From: a virus
Lineage: Duplodnaviria > Heunggongvirae > Uroviricota > Caudoviricetes
DNA length: 64,000 bases
Direction: 5' to 3' (one strand)
IMG/VR virus record: IMGVR_UViG_3300028833_000001
Location: 191,171 to 255,170 of that record
Below, piece after piece: positions 55,996 to 64,000 of the stretch; the stretch's first letter is position 1; each line of letters opens with the position of its first letter. The notes under the pieces are model-generated. The model was not told the origin of the DNA. It worked only from the letters and a program-made list of their open reading frames with translations, and did not search any database. The translations under genes were made by a program, and so were the position numbers.

Positions 55996-58900
55996 ATGAA
56001 TATTAACGATAGAACACGTGATGAATTTGAAGAGTTGTTAAGACAATATCGTGATGGGAATAAAAAATCTGACGATTTGTTAAGATTTCTCAAAAACAAG
56101 CTAAACAATGATAATAATTATAATTATTATAGTCGTGACAATTATGACTATAGTAACGTTGATGACGTTATTGGAAAACTAGATGAAATAGAAAAAAAAA
56201 TAAATGAAGTTAACGAAGAACGACAAGACTTATTAAATGAAGGCTTCGCAGAAGATTCTAACGAAGTTAAAGAACTTACGAAAGAATATGAAAGATTAAT
56301 CGAATCACAAAGAAAGCTTCGTGTTGAACTTAATAACAGAGGTAGATGGAATGCTGGGCAGGACCATATGGTCAAGGTAACCGATAATTTTAATTATAAA
56401 ATTAGAAATATTATTGGCTCATTAGGCGACATGTATAGAGCCGTCAATGACTTGGTTGAGCCTTGGGCAAAAGCAGACCAAGCAGCGTCAAATTATGCAA
56501 AAACAATTGCTACATCTAAGGCTGGAAGGGAAGCGTTAAGGGCTCAAACGATTAACAATGTTCACGGCAATAAATTAGCGGCAGACTTAGATTTATCAAG
56601 TGAAGAGGTCATAGAGGCCCAGTTAGATTATTCAAAAGGCATAGGAAGAAATGCAAAGATAACTGACGAAGGCCAAGCAGCACTTGGTGCAATGACAAAA
56701 GTATATGGCGGGGCCGCTAAAGAGTTAAGTGTTTTATTTGAAAAATTTGGTGTTGGCCCAGTTGATACTGGAAAACATCTTGGAAAAATGTTTGCCGAAG
56801 CATCAAAATCTGGGCTGTCACTTGAAAAATATGCGGATAATGTTAATAAAGGTTTAAGATTAGCTCAAAGATACACCTTTAGCAATGGGTTAAAGGGTAT
56901 GGAAGCAATGGCTAAGAGGGCTACAGAATTGCATATGGATATGCAACAAATAGAAACTTTAGCCAATAAAGTAGGTACTATTGAAGGGTCAATAACAACG
57001 GCCGCAAAAATACAGGTTCTTGGTGGGCCATTTTCTAGCCTTGCAGACCCAATGGGAATGTTTAGTGAAGCATGGGGAGACATGGAAAGTCTTGAAAAGA
57101 GACTTGAAAAGTTCACCGAAAACATGGGTCATTTCAACAAACAAACAGGTGAAGTTGAAATATCAGCTTTTAATAAACAAAGATTGAGAGCGTTCGCAGA
57201 AGCCACTGGGCAGGATTATGGCCAAATTATAGAACAAACACAACAGCAGGCAAAACTTGGTGAAGTTAATGCTCAAATAGCAAGGTCCGCAAATGCTTCA
57301 CAATGGGATAAACAAACACAAGAATTATTTAGAAATACTGCGACATTTGAAAATGGTAAAGCTGGTGTTTCAATTAATGGTGACTTTAAATCAATAGATG
57401 AATTAAACCCAAAAGATTTAGAAGACATAAGAAAAGAAACCCAATCAGAAAGCGAAGATATTAAAGAAATAGCTTCAATGCTACGAGACTATTTCCAAGT
57501 CGAAAGTAGTAGAAAAAAGGCTCAAGACGCACAACGGGCAAGTTGGGTAGAAAAAACTGGTATCGGAAACGGGATGAGGGGTTTAAACGATACCATTGCA
57601 CATTCTAACTTATTATTAGGTATTCTAAATGGGCTTTTAGTCGCCCAGGGTATCGCTGGCCTTTTGGGTGGATTCGGTCGTTTTAGTGGTAGTAGAGGCA
57701 TTGGAGGACTGATTAAAGGTGCATCTAGAAAAATTGGCGGTGTTGGAAAAGGAGGAAAAGTCGCTAATGCTATTGGTAGAACAAAAAACAAAATTAATGG
57801 AAAACTTTTCGGTCAGAAATTACAAAGTACGGCTGGGAAAAAATATACCCAAGTTGGTGGACGTGTATTCAACTCAAAAGGGAAAGAACTATTTGGTGCC
57901 GCAAAAAATAATGCATTAAAGAACGCAACAACAGTATCAAAACCGTCATTTTTAGGCAGAGCTGGTAGTGGTGTAAAAAATGTGACAACAAAAGTTGGAA
58001 CAAAGGTTAGCAGTGCAGCATCAAAAGTAACAAAGCCAATTGCTAATTTAGGTTCAAAAATAACTTCTAAGGTTGGCACAACAAGAATAGCTAAGCCGTT
58101 AACAAAACTTGGAACAAAGGTTGGAACTAAATTCGGTGCAACATCTTTAGCTGCATTAGGTGGAACAATCGGTGCTCATTCAATATCAAGCGTACACAAT
58201 ATAGGGACAAAATTATCAAACAAAGGATACACCAAAATAGGAAATGCGTTTACACAACACGCATCGAAACAAGCGTCAAAAGTAGGTATTAAAAATGTCG
58301 CAAGTGCTGGGGGTAAAAAAATAGCCACAAAAACAGCCACTAAAATAGGAACAAAAATGGCTACTGGTTTAGCGAAAGGCGGTGTCGCTGGTCTAGTTGG
58401 TGCAGCTGGAAATATTGCCACTGATATGTTAGTTGAAAGTGGAAAGATTAAAAAAGGTGGCGGCGCACATACCGCAATGAAGGTTGGCTCAACAGCATTA
58501 GAAGGCGCAGCACTTGGCGCAACAATAGGTTCAATACTTCCAGGAATAGGAACTGCAATTGGCGGAGCCATAGGCGCAATAGGCGGTGCTGTTGTTGGTG
58601 GGGTTAAAGCTGCAAAAGCAAGAAGAGAAGTAGCGCTAGATAATAAATTAAGCGCTAAGGGTATTGAAAGAAAGGGTGACTATGGAGCAAGACGTTTAAG
58701 AAAAATCGATGAAGCGTTATCTACAGGCAAAATTTCTAAAAGTTTAAGAAAAAAAATGGAAAGAGAAGGCGATATGGCTCTTTTGAATGAAATAGATAAG
58801 GTGAGTATCAATAAAAAGAAAGAAAAAGAAGAAAAGAGAGAAAAAAGAAGAAAGAATACCATTGAATTTATTAGTGCAATTAAGCCTAGTGGCGGTTTAG

Positions 58901-59562
58901 GCGATAAACTTAGAAGTGCTCAGTTTGATGTTCAAGTAGCGAATTTCAATGGGAAAGCATTTGATAAACAAGCCAAACAATCAGTCACTGCGATGTCTAG
59001 TGTAAAAAGGCACAAAGTCGTAAATACACTGTTTGGAGCTTCTCCTATAGCCAAAAGCATAAAATACAGCCCAATTGGTTTATTACATAATAGATTACCG
59101 AAAAAGAAAGAACAAAATTTAGATAATACAACATACGTATCTGCGTTGGACAGGTTGAAACAACGCGGTTTGGGTGAACTTGGGGGATTAAGCATTGGTT
59201 TTGGAAAAAATATTTTACCTACGCTAGTTAAGCCGTTTAATGATAGGCCGTTAAATCAAGTTTCAATTAAAGGTGGAAAATTAGAAGACGGAAATAGTAC
59301 GTCATTACAAGAGCTTAAAAAAATAGAGTCCAAAGACAAAATACAAAGCCAAAGTAGGTTCAAAGTAGAACCGATAGAAATAAATATTAATGGTACTTTG
59401 AAGCTAGAAAGCAACAATAGCACCCAAAGTGTTGATATAATGTCTGAGTTGGCAAACAATAGAGAGTTGAAGAAAAAAATAGCTGAAATAGTTGCAACAG
59501 AGTTAAATAATTATAAGTTTGCTGGAAATAAAGTTACAAGAAGTTTTGGAATTAATGTTTAG
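55996..59562 (+). CDS. Tape measure protein
   Basis: 1188 aa, helical Ala/Gly/Lys-rich, glycine zipper GATIGSILPGIGTAIGGAIGAIGG, lies between chaperone and baseplate genes. Confidence 0.8.
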   Translation: MNINDRTRDEFEELLRQYRDGNKKSDDLLRFLKNKLNNDNNYNYYSRDNYDYSNVDDVIGKLDEIEKKINEVNEERQDLLNEGFAEDSNEVKELTKEYERLIESQRKLRVELNNRGRWNAGQDHMVKVTDNFNYKIRNIIGSLGDMYRAVNDLVEPWAKADQAASNYAKTIATSKAGREALRAQTINNVHGNKLAADLDLSSEEVIEAQLDYSKGIGRNAKITDEGQAALGAMTKVYGGAAKELSVLFEKFGVGPVDTGKHLGKMFAEASKSGLSLEKYADNVNKGLRLAQRYTFSNGLKGMEAMAKRATELHMDMQQIETLANKVGTIEGSITTAAKIQVLGGPFSSLADPMGMFSEAWGDMESLEKRLEKFTENMGHFNKQTGEVEISAFNKQRLRAFAEATGQDYGQIIEQTQQQAKLGEVNAQIARSANASQWDKQTQELFRNTATFENGKAGVSINGDFKSIDELNPKDLEDIRKETQSESEDIKEIASMLRDYFQVESSRKKAQDAQRASWVEKTGIGNGMRGLNDTIAHSNLLLGILNGLLVAQGIAGLLGGFGRFSGSRGIGGLIKGASRKIGGVGKGGKVANAIGRTKNKINGKLFGQKLQSTAGKKYTQVGGRVFNSKGKELFGAAKNNALKNATTVSKPSFLGRAGSGVKNVTTKVGTKVSSAASKVTKPIANLGSKITSKVGTTRIAKPLTKLGTKVGTKFGATSLAALGGTIGAHSISSVHNIGTKLSNKGYTKIGNAFTQHASKQASKVGIKNVASAGGKKIATKTATKIGTKMATGLAKGGVAGLVGAAGNIATDMLVESGKIKKGGGAHTAMKVGSTALEGAALGATIGSILPGIGTAIGGAIGAIGGAVVGGVKAAKARREVALDNKLSAKGIERKGDYGARRLRKIDEALSTGKISKSLRKKMEREGDMALLNEIDKVSINKKKEKEEKREKRRKNTIEFISAIKPSGGLGDKLRSAQFDVQVANFNGKAFDKQAKQSVTAMSSVKRHKVVNTLFGASPIAKSIKYSPIGLLHNRLPKKKEQNLDNTTYVSALDRLKQRGLGELGGLSIGFGKNILPTLVKPFNDRPLNQVSIKGGKLEDGNSTSLQELKKIESKDKIQSQSRFKVEPIEININGTLKLESNNSTQSVDIMSELANNRELKKKIAEIVATELNNYKFAGNKVTRSFGINV

Positions 59563-59623
59563 TTATAATATTGATTTCTATTCAATTAAAAGTTAAATTA
59601 ATAAAATACAGAATCGATTAAAA

Positions 59624-62600
59624 ATGAACATAAATTTTCTTTTAGATTCAATATCGAATATATCGATAGGTAATGGGACCGTATATAATTTTATTGATTA
59701 TATTGGAGAGATGCACATAACTGGTGGAATCTTGAATTATACAAGAAATTATAGGTTTTTGGAACATAATTTATTTAATAACTTTTCAGAAGGAACACAG
59801 GGTAGATATGGATATGGAAGAGGACAATATCTACACAGTGATAATCTTGAATCGAAACAATATTATTCAGTAGACAGAAGTGAAAGTAATATAGAAATGG
59901 TATCTTTATCACAAGATAAGGTAGGTGAAATATATTCGGTTCCAAACAATGCAAAAAATTCCAAACTATCGTTTTTGACCGAATCTGGGTTCATTACTTT
60001 GTCTGACGCAATTAGGGCCGAAAATCTTAAATATAACATTGCAACTGATATCTTTAAAAGAAGATACGGCTATTATAACCAAAATGCATTTATAGCAAGT
60101 GGTGTGTCTTTTCAAGCAGAAATTGGAGATTATAGCGTTGACACTGGATTTAGAAAGGGGCATCAAGGATATGTTCTTGCGCGTAAAACTCTAAAAGACA
60201 ATAAAGAGTTTTTAAATAGAGCAAAATTGGTTAATGAATCAATTAATAAATTTGTTGGTAGTAATTATTTGGATTACAAAAACATTAGCTCGTATTATGA
60301 CGATGATTACTATAAAGTACAGTTAAGAGAACCAATTGGAAATTATAAATCATTAAGCGATAGTTCAAAACAATGTCGAGATAACTTGTTTAAATATAGG
60401 ATAATTAACAAAGTTATCAATGATTCAATATATGGTAAGACTGAAATTGACGATAATTACTCAGTGCCTTTTATTATAAAGACTCAAGTAAATAATAAAG
60501 ATTTATCGTCAGGCGTTATTGTTGTCAATAAAGATATTATCGAAAAAAATACTACACGTAATTTTGGTAATGTTAAGGGGCATTACACTGAGTCATATGG
60601 TATAAAAGAAGATAAAAAAACAGTTTTCTATTCTATATTAGATAAAAACGAACTACCAGACAGGGTGTCAATTGACCCAGCTGCCAAAGGCGGGTCTCTT
60701 GTGACTAAAGTTAAGTTTGGGAATAATTTTACATACACGTATTTCGACGAGCCAGATGGAAAACAAAGAACATCTCTTGGTTCTACGAGTACTATGCAAA
60801 ATTTTATTCCGCAACTAATGTCAGACAGTGACGAAAAAACATCATCAAGATTGCTGCAAAAAACAAATCAACTGTTTAAAGAAAATAAGATTAAATCACT
60901 GATTAATAGATTTCATACTGAAGTAATTGATGACCCAAGCGAAGCTGAAACAGCATATGACACACTATATGGTATGTCAAGAGGAAGAAACCTTTTACGC
61001 GGTTCGTCAGATAAAAGTTCTGGATACGATAATCCATATTGCCGTGTTTGGACGGCACATTATCAGTATTCAAAATTAAGGGATAGGATACGACCATTTA
61101 TGGATGGTGATACTCCAGAGAGCTTGGAAACAATTCAAAAAGGCCTTGGCAAGTTAAGAAGTTATGAGGGGCCGTCACATTTTGCGTCGCATACAGTATT
61201 ACAAAACAACGGTTTAGTTAGGGTTGGGCCGACAATCGGTGAAAAATCTCAAAACATACAAAATTTTATGTTTTCTATCGAAAATTTAGCATGGAGGGGT
61301 CATACTGCTGGATTAAAGAAAACTCAAGTTGGGCCTAATAATGGAAGAATTATGTGGTTTCCGCCATATAATTTAAAATTTTCTGAAAACATTAATGTTC
61401 AATGGCAAGACAATTCTTTTATTGGAAGAGGAGAAAAAATTTATACATATACAAATACTGAAAGAACAGGAACATTGAATTTTACTTTATTGGTGGACCA
61501 TCCATCGGTTCTTGATGCATGGAGAGTTGAAAATTCAAAGGATATTTCTAGCGACGAAAACGAAGAAACGATATTGAAGTTTTTCGCTGGATGTTCGCCG
61601 ATTAAACTAAAACCAACAGAAGCCCCAGAAGATGACCAAAAAGCCATAGAGCCAGAATCTGGAGAGGAACCTTTAAAATCAGAAGATGAAACATATAAAT
61701 ACGAGTTTTTTGTGTTTTTCCCAAATGATTTTAGCGGAAAGGATAATGTTGACAATCAGATACAGAAGTCTAAAGCCGTTTTGGATAACTACGAAAATAA
61801 TGACAATTCAAATACAACAGAAATAAGAGATGAAGCGTTTCAATCAGAAATATTGTTACCTAATAATATAGTTAATACAAATAATTTTGGATTAAATACA
61901 ACTAGTGGTTTTTGGAACAATTATGAAAGAATAGCTGAGATTTTACAAATAAACGGAGACGGTAGGTCATTAATAGCTTATGACCAAATGGAAAGTAAAT
62001 TGAATGAAATTTTCTCTGGAAACACAAATGCGTCGACTCAGTACGAAATATCCATGATAGAAACGATTGGCCATGCATCTAGCCATGGTAAGCAAGATAG
62101 AAACGAAAAATTGTCGGCAAGGAGGCAGGAATTTATTGGAAAATTAGCCAATTATTTTTGTAAATCAATATCTCTACAAGACATAACAAAACAAACGACA
62201 AGCGTTATTAATATTGATGATGTTAGTGGCACGCCAGATATAAATTCATTGGATGCCAAAATTGCCAGATGTGCAAGACTAGTTATTAGTAAGAAGTTGA
62301 AAACAGACGCAAATATACCATCATCAGCATCAAATGGAGGAACTATAGAAAATGCTGGAAAAATTGACAACGACGAGTTTATAGGCCCTCAAAATTACGA
62401 TTTGAATGGAGGAACACTACCAGAGGTTATAATACAATGGAATGACAAAGATATTGTCGAGGAAGCTAATGAAGACGCTCCAGAGTATGAGTATTTCGCT
62501 ACGTTACAAAGTACCGATAGTTTAGCGTATAAGAGAGTAGTGGACAAAATAAAGTATTTTGTTCCAGCATTTCATTCGTTAACGCCAGAAGGTTTTAATG

Positions 62601-62998
62601 AAAGGTTAAATTTCTTACATCAATGTACAAGACAGGGTCCAACAACTGGAGCAGTAAATAGCGGTGAAAAACAGACAACAACAACAAATAAGATGGCTGG
62701 AAATTTGGCATTCGGTCGTGCTCCTTATTGTATATTGAGAATCGGTGATTTTTTTAATACAAAGATATGCATCCAATCAATATCATATACTTTTGATTCG
62801 AACGGTGGAGTACAATGGGATTTAAACACAGAAGGTATCGGAGTTCAACCAATGATGGCTGATGTTTCGATGAATTTTACGTTTATCGGAGGGCAAGATA
62901 TTGGCGGTGTTGTTGATGAACTGCAAAATGCTATTTCAGAAAATTATTATGCTAATTCATCTGTTTATAATAATAGAGCAAAAAGAGAAAACAAATGA
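59624..62998 (+). CDS. Large baseplate/tail-initiator protein with inserted OmpA-like domain
   Basis: RIMWFPPY.L.F.E...V.W....IGR.E.IYTY.NT.R.GTL.F and PYCILRIGDFFNTKI...WDLN.EG.GVQPM halves flank GHASSHG...N..LS.RR. Confidence 0.65.
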   Translation: MNINFLLDSISNISIGNGTVYNFIDYIGEMHITGGILNYTRNYRFLEHNLFNNFSEGTQGRYGYGRGQYLHSDNLESKQYYSVDRSESNIEMVSLSQDKVGEIYSVPNNAKNSKLSFLTESGFITLSDAIRAENLKYNIATDIFKRRYGYYNQNAFIASGVSFQAEIGDYSVDTGFRKGHQGYVLARKTLKDNKEFLNRAKLVNESINKFVGSNYLDYKNISSYYDDDYYKVQLREPIGNYKSLSDSSKQCRDNLFKYRIINKVINDSIYGKTEIDDNYSVPFIIKTQVNNKDLSSGVIVVNKDIIEKNTTRNFGNVKGHYTESYGIKEDKKTVFYSILDKNELPDRVSIDPAAKGGSLVTKVKFGNNFTYTYFDEPDGKQRTSLGSTSTMQNFIPQLMSDSDEKTSSRLLQKTNQLFKENKIKSLINRFHTEVIDDPSEAETAYDTLYGMSRGRNLLRGSSDKSSGYDNPYCRVWTAHYQYSKLRDRIRPFMDGDTPESLETIQKGLGKLRSYEGPSHFASHTVLQNNGLVRVGPTIGEKSQNIQNFMFSIENLAWRGHTAGLKKTQVGPNNGRIMWFPPYNLKFSENINVQWQDNSFIGRGEKIYTYTNTERTGTLNFTLLVDHPSVLDAWRVENSKDISSDENEETILKFFAGCSPIKLKPTEAPEDDQKAIEPESGEEPLKSEDETYKYEFFVFFPNDFSGKDNVDNQIQKSKAVLDNYENNDNSNTTEIRDEAFQSEILLPNNIVNTNNFGLNTTSGFWNNYERIAEILQINGDGRSLIAYDQMESKLNEIFSGNTNASTQYEISMIETIGHASSHGKQDRNEKLSARRQEFIGKLANYFCKSISLQDITKQTTSVINIDDVSGTPDINSLDAKIARCARLVISKKLKTDANIPSSASNGGTIENAGKIDNDEFIGPQNYDLNGGTLPEVIIQWNDKDIVEEANEDAPEYEYFATLQSTDSLAYKRVVDKIKYFVPAFHSLTPEGFNERLNFLHQCTRQGPTTGAVNSGEKQTTTTNKMAGNLAFGRAPYCILRIGDFFNTKICIQSISYTFDSNGGVQWDLNTEGIGVQPMMADVSMNFTFIGGQDIGGVVDELQNAISENYYANSSVYNNRAKRENK

Positions 62999-63312
62999 CG
63001 ATTAACTTTGACAGATACAGTAAATTCAGGTATGGCAATACCATTTCTATGGTTCCTTTTATACCAATAGACGAAAAAGATACTGATTTTACAACAATTT
63101 ACCTTAAGGGACGAACACGGCTTGATGCGCTTGCGTCAGAATTTTATGGAGACCCAGATTTTTGGTGGGTCATTTTGCAGGCAAATCCAGAATTCGGTAG
63201 TATGGAATTTAATATACCAAACAACGCACAATTAAGAGTACCTTATCCAATAGACACTACAATCGGAAATTATAAAAAGGCGATTGACAAATACAATAAT
63301 ATAAACAAGTAA
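62995..63312 (+). CDS. LysM-like baseplate wedge protein (gp53/gpX-like)
   Basis: RLDALASEFYGDPDFWWVILQANP...IP.NAQLRVP. Confidence 0.8.
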   Translation: MTINFDRYSKFRYGNTISMVPFIPIDEKDTDFTTIYLKGRTRLDALASEFYGDPDFWWVILQANPEFGSMEFNIPNNAQLRVPYPIDTTIGNYKKAIDKYNNINK

Positions 63313-63319
63313 TAGAATA

Positions 63320-64000
63320 GTGGAAAATTTAACAGAAAGAGTTAATAGAATTCAATATATTGAGCCAACTAATTGTAATTTTGACAGTCCAGTTGGCGTT
63401 GGTACAATTGAATCAACCACTCGTATTAATAATCAATATGAAGATTTTTGCGTTGTTGTTGATTTAGAGGTAGTAGTGTATGATAGGCGCTCGTGCGGTG
63501 GGTTGAATAGTAATGATGAACCAATTAAAATTGTATATACAACAAAATCTGAAAATAAAACATTTTTTGGAGGGACTGATGGAAAATTAACAACGAATTA
63601 TACAGACATTAATACTGTTATGGGTTCTGAACACAATACGGTAGAATGTCTTGGGCTTGAAAGTTTAAATATTTCTTATCAGTCATGGATGTATCCAGAA
63701 GTTACGGCAAAATTTGTTGATGTACGTGGCTCTAGTGTTATGATGCAAGAAGAGGAGAATCTTCACGGAGATGCTAGTAACAAATCTATGTACAAGGCGT
63801 TTTTTACTTTCCCGTATCCTCAATTTAAGCTTAAAGTTAAGGGCTTTTATGGCAAGGGTGCTACTTTTTATTTGACAGTAGAAGATGTTAAAATTAGTTT
63901 TGATGCAAATAGTGGAAATTTTGTGTTTGATGTTAAGTTTATTGGTATGATGTATAGAATATATACTGATATGCCGATGTTATATTGTTGTGTTGCACCA
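63320..64000 (+). CDS. Baseplate hub-like protein, runs off the 3' end of the window
   Basis: Not in the track. GTG at 63320, open to the window end: MENLTERVNRIQYIEP...LGLESLNISY...FVDVRG...FFTFPYPQFKLKVKGFYG. Confidence 0.75.
   Translation, partial: MENLTERVNRIQYIEPTNCNFDSPVGVGTIESTTRINNQYEDFCVVVDLEVVVYDRRSCGGLNSNDEPIKIVYTTKSENKTFFGGTDGKLTTNYTDINTVMGSEHNTVECLGLESLNISYQSWMYPEVTAKFVDVRGSSVMMQEEENLHGDASNKSMYKAFFTFPYPQFKLKVKGFYGKGATFYLTVEDVKISFDANSGNFVFDVKFIGMMYRIYTDMPMLYCCVAP

Noticed and set aside
1-64000. Stop-codon reassignment (TAG to Gln or TGA to Trp) as in Lak and some crAss-like phages
   Set aside because: All long conserved genes are intact in code 11. TAG and TGA occur as ordinary ends (capsid TAG, tape measure TAG, several TGA), and no conserved domain is split at one.
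1-64000. tRNA, rRNA, group I/II introns, diversity-generating retroelement, integrase
   Set aside because: No T-loop/anticodon cloverleaf, no reverse transcriptase or recombinase motifs, and intergenic gaps are short and explained by promoters and terminators. A tRNAscan/Infernal run would be needed to exclude small RNAs.

Overview
A 64-kb, strongly AT-rich (roughly 70% A+T by eye), gene-dense segment of a large T4-like (myovirus, probably jumbo) phage. It uses the standard genetic code and shows no Shine-Dalgarno motifs. It holds most of the virion morphogenesis module: prohead protease (split by a 369-aa LAGLIDADG intein), acidic scaffold, major capsid protein, terminase large subunit, neck, portal, central spike, head-tail connectors, tail sheath, tube, assembly chaperone, tape measure and baseplate. 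Interleaved are a family B DNA polymerase, a SNF2 helicase, a probable phage sigma factor, three glycosyltransferases, RmlD, a papain-like protease and several homing-type nucleases. Four things stand out. (1) A recurrent helical peptide, about L-[TN]-E-x-x-[LV]-x-x-[LI]-[IV]-x-E-[SAC]-[VL]-x-x-x-L-x-E, is shared by the scaffold and about eight otherwise unrelated late proteins. These include an unannotated 43-aa protein that is almost only the motif and an AEP-like two-domain protein. This suggests a capsid-cargo addressing and protease-processing system. (2) Two promoter classes are visible: CTATTTAT before virion genes and TTGAC-N16/17-TAT(A/T)TT before enzyme genes, repeatedly placed back to back. 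(3) There is a candidate programmed +1/-2 frameshift joining the tail assembly chaperone to a start-less ORF just before the tape measure gene. (4) There is a possible phage glycosylation pathway. I saw no tRNA, rRNA, CRISPR array, reverse transcriptase or integrase. All homology calls are from motif recognition by eye, not database searches.
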